A DNA stretch of 64,000 bases from an uncultured Clostridia bacterium. Lineage in GTDB: Bacteria > Bacillota > Clostridia > TANB77 > CAG-508. The notes under the pieces are model-generated. The model saw only the letters and a program-made list of their open reading frames with translations, searched no databases and was not told the origin of the DNA. How positions within the stretch are numbered: the stretch's first letter is position 1; every line of letters begins with the position of its first letter. Below are positions 61,663 through 64,000 of the stretch, piece after piece. The stretch is from the NCBI GenBank assembly GCA_934129745.1, contig CAKOWZ010000008.1, forward strand, positions 1-64,000. Reading direction: 5' to 3'. The translations under genes and the position numbers were made by a program.

Positions 61663-62001
61663 TTACCTTTTAAGCAGCTTGTCTACTCGCTTGAAAAGTG
61701 CTTTGTCTTTTTTGTATTCCTTGATTTTAAAAATAACCAAAGAAAGTAGGCATGCAGGAGCAAATCCTATAACAATTCCAGACAGGGTCGCTAATATGTA
61801 TCTGGAACTTCCTGAAATAAGTAATGCACTAAAATTCCATGGTATGGCTGGTATGCTGAGAAGGCAACCCAATATTAGTGTTGTTTGAAATAAATCGGAT
61901 CCTTTTTCTTTTTTGAGAAAACGTAACCAGCCAAAAATGCCAACACAAGCAAGTGCTGAATAGAAAATGAGGATGAATGACACAACAGATGTATTAAACA
62001 T
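61663..62001 (-). CDS. hypothetical membrane protein
   Basis: Four predicted TM helices. A GGAG inside the first ATG acts as RBS for the second ATG at 62001. Confidence 0.45.
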   Translation of the reverse strand: MFNTSVVSFILIFYSALACVGIFGWLRFLKKEKGSDLFQTTLILGCLLSIPAIPWNFSALLISGSSRYILATLSGIVIGFAPACLLSLVIFKIKEYKKDKALFKRVDKLLKR

Positions 62002-62467
62002 AAAAAACTCCATTCTGCTACATAGGTAGCTATATAATATAGTATATATATATGTAAACGTTAAGACTACAAGTAGTAGCCAAACGATAGTAAAATAAAT
62101 TAGGCAGTTAGCCTAGGTAACTTCTTTTTTAGAAGTTTAAAACATAAATATAGTATACCATATTTATGTAAATTAGTCAACAACTTTTTAAATAAAAATA
62201 CTTCTAATTTTTTGTATCTTTTGTTAAGTTATATACTTAATAAAGTTATTTTAACTTAATTTAATTGAAAAGGCATTAATTCTACCTGCTATAAACATAA
62301 AAAGTTGACACCGAGAGGTTATGAAAACACTATGTAAACCAGTAAAAATAAACAAATGTTCTGGTATCTATTGCTAAAAGCACAATTATATGGTATAATT
62401 AAGTATATTGAATAACAAACAATCTTATTATATATCATTAATATGTAAAAAGAATGGAGGAATATAT

Positions 62468-64000
62468 ATGAGTGATAATAAACAAAAAAATATAAAAAAA
62501 CCAAATATTCTAAAAAAGGTATTATTATATGCAGCAGCAGGAACAGCAGCTATACAATTTGCATCATGTAACAAAACTGACAAACAAAAAGAAACAAAAG
62601 AAATACCTGAAATTCAATTATATGATTCTAGTGATTTAAATATAGATTACATGTTAAAACAATATAAAATGAATTATGAAAACAGAAATGTAAAAGGTGC
62701 TAAAAATGAATATGAAAAATTTTCAGAATTATATGAGAAATTACATTCTGAAAATACGATTGATGACAATGAATTAAAAACATATTATTATGATATGTCA
62801 ATTGCCAAAGATTCAATTAAAATTAAAACAACACAAGGATATCTAACAATACAAGAGCAAGATGAATCATATAATATAATTAATGAAAATAAAAATACTA
62901 CAGTAGAAACAAAAATTCAATATAATTCAGATGGAAGCTGGAAATTAAATGAACAAGACTTATATACTAAAGGAACCCAATCTTATGTATTTAGTACAAA
63001 TGGGATGTTACAAGAATCAACAGACAAACAAGGAAATAAATCAATATATAAAAACGGAAATTTAAATTGTTATAATCAATATAATAGATATGACCAATTA
63101 CTAAAACAACAAAATAGTGATGGCTCATATATTATATATACACATAAAATGGATAAAAACATGTTAAATATTTTAGGGCTAGAAACACAAGCATCTTATG
63201 ATAGTGTAGTTATATATTATGATAATGGTGGTATATTTAACCATGGTGAAACTAGTAATGAAGCAACACATAATGATAATACAAAAGAAATAGAACAAAG
63301 AAGAGTATTTGCTGATGGTTCATCATATTTGTATGAAATTGATAAAGATATTAATGGAAATACAGTAAGAACTTATAAAGAAGAAAAGAAAAAAGGACAA
63401 TATATGCAATATGTTGAAAAAAATGAAGAAAATACAATTGTGTATAAATATGATTATTTAAAAAATGATACTGTCTATGAAGAAATAAATGGAACAATAT
63501 TATGTGAATTAAAAAATGATATTATATATAAATATTCTTATGAGGATGGTAAATTTTATGATGCATATAAAGTTACAGAAAATGGAACAGCACATTATAA
63601 TGAAGATGGTGTAATAAAAAGGTTTGAAGATACAGAAAAAAATGAGGTAATATATTATAATGATGAAGGAAAAATTGATCAGATAGATAGACCAGAAATA
63701 ACTATTAGTTATAATGATTATGATAAAAATCTAGTGAGTGGAATTAATAATAAAACTACAAAAGAAATAGAAATTGATGCAAATGGAACAAATTATAAAT
63801 TAGGAAATGATGGATATTGCCAATTTGATAAAAATGGTAATTGCACTAGGTATAGATATAATGAAGATTTAGACATGACATTTGTGCCTCAAGATTCTCA
63901 TGTTCAATACAATAATGGTAAAATAACAGCATATAATAACGAAAATGAAATAATAGAAACATTAACTGCTGATGAAAGAATAGGGTATTATGATTATCAA
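62468..64000 (+). CDS. lipoprotein with YD/RHS-like repeats, partial (runs off the window end)
   Basis: RBS ggagga precedes ATG 62468. Lipobox-like AIQFASC. Repeated Y.YD/YN.DG motifs (YKYDYLKND, YSYEDGKFYD, IYYNDEGKIDQID). No stop codon before position 64000. Confidence 0.5.
   Translation, partial: MSDNKQKNIKKPNILKKVLLYAAAGTAAIQFASCNKTDKQKETKEIPEIQLYDSSDLNIDYMLKQYKMNYENRNVKGAKNEYEKFSELYEKLHSENTIDDNELKTYYYDMSIAKDSIKIKTTQGYLTIQEQDESYNIINENKNTTVETKIQYNSDGSWKLNEQDLYTKGTQSYVFSTNGMLQESTDKQGNKSIYKNGNLNCYNQYNRYDQLLKQQNSDGSYIIYTHKMDKNMLNILGLETQASYDSVVIYYDNGGIFNHGETSNEATHNDNTKEIEQRRVFADGSSYLYEIDKDINGNTVRTYKEEKKKGQYMQYVEKNEENTIVYKYDYLKNDTVYEEINGTILCELKNDIIYKYSYEDGKFYDAYKVTENGTAHYNEDGVIKRFEDTEKNEVIYYNDEGKIDQIDRPEITISYNDYDKNLVSGINNKTTKEIEIDANGTNYKLGNDGYCQFDKNGNCTRYRYNEDLDMTFVPQDSHVQYNNGKITAYNNENEIIETLTADERIGYYDYQ

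Overview
This is an AT-rich window (about 28-30% GC) with Firmicutes/Clostridia-like gene content; all annotation below is read from the sequence and not searched. Roughly 4.5-41 kb is a housekeeping/sporulation-associated core. It holds flotillin, glmM, metG, a COG0523 His-rich GTPase, ttcA-like, yhbY, a SAM-I riboswitch plus metK, a TetR + YhgE/Pip pair, tRNA-Thr, sortase B, rny-ymdB-spoVS, recA-recX, scpA, ytfI/ytfJ, an acyl-ACP thioesterase and a radical SAM enzyme. A perfectly palindromic GC-rich repeat (core caattggggacgcgtccccaattg) sits at 8 loci, each immediately after a stop codon, and all within 9.6-45.8 kb. Five genes look frameshifted (DUF4160, splB, vanW, DUF3006, uvrB). From about 43 kb to 59.3 kb the window is a mosaic accessory region. 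It contains GC-rich (40-48%) patches, an Rpn-nuclease remnant, a truncated IS3 orfA and an LPXTG-anchor remnant. It also contains two about 400-bp direct repeats that each carry a tyrosine-integrase 3' fragment and bracket an about 8.6-kb segment. Inside that segment are a DUF4143 AAA ATPase, an (AC)11 microsatellite in a tiny ORF, and a duplicated module of a paralogous 179-aa protein followed by a large protein (a 541-aa unknown, and a 330-aa DUF4116-repeat protein). That duplicated module is my best candidate for an undescribed system. The core resumes at 59.6 kb with a frameshifted uvrB and a partial YD-repeat lipoprotein at the window end.
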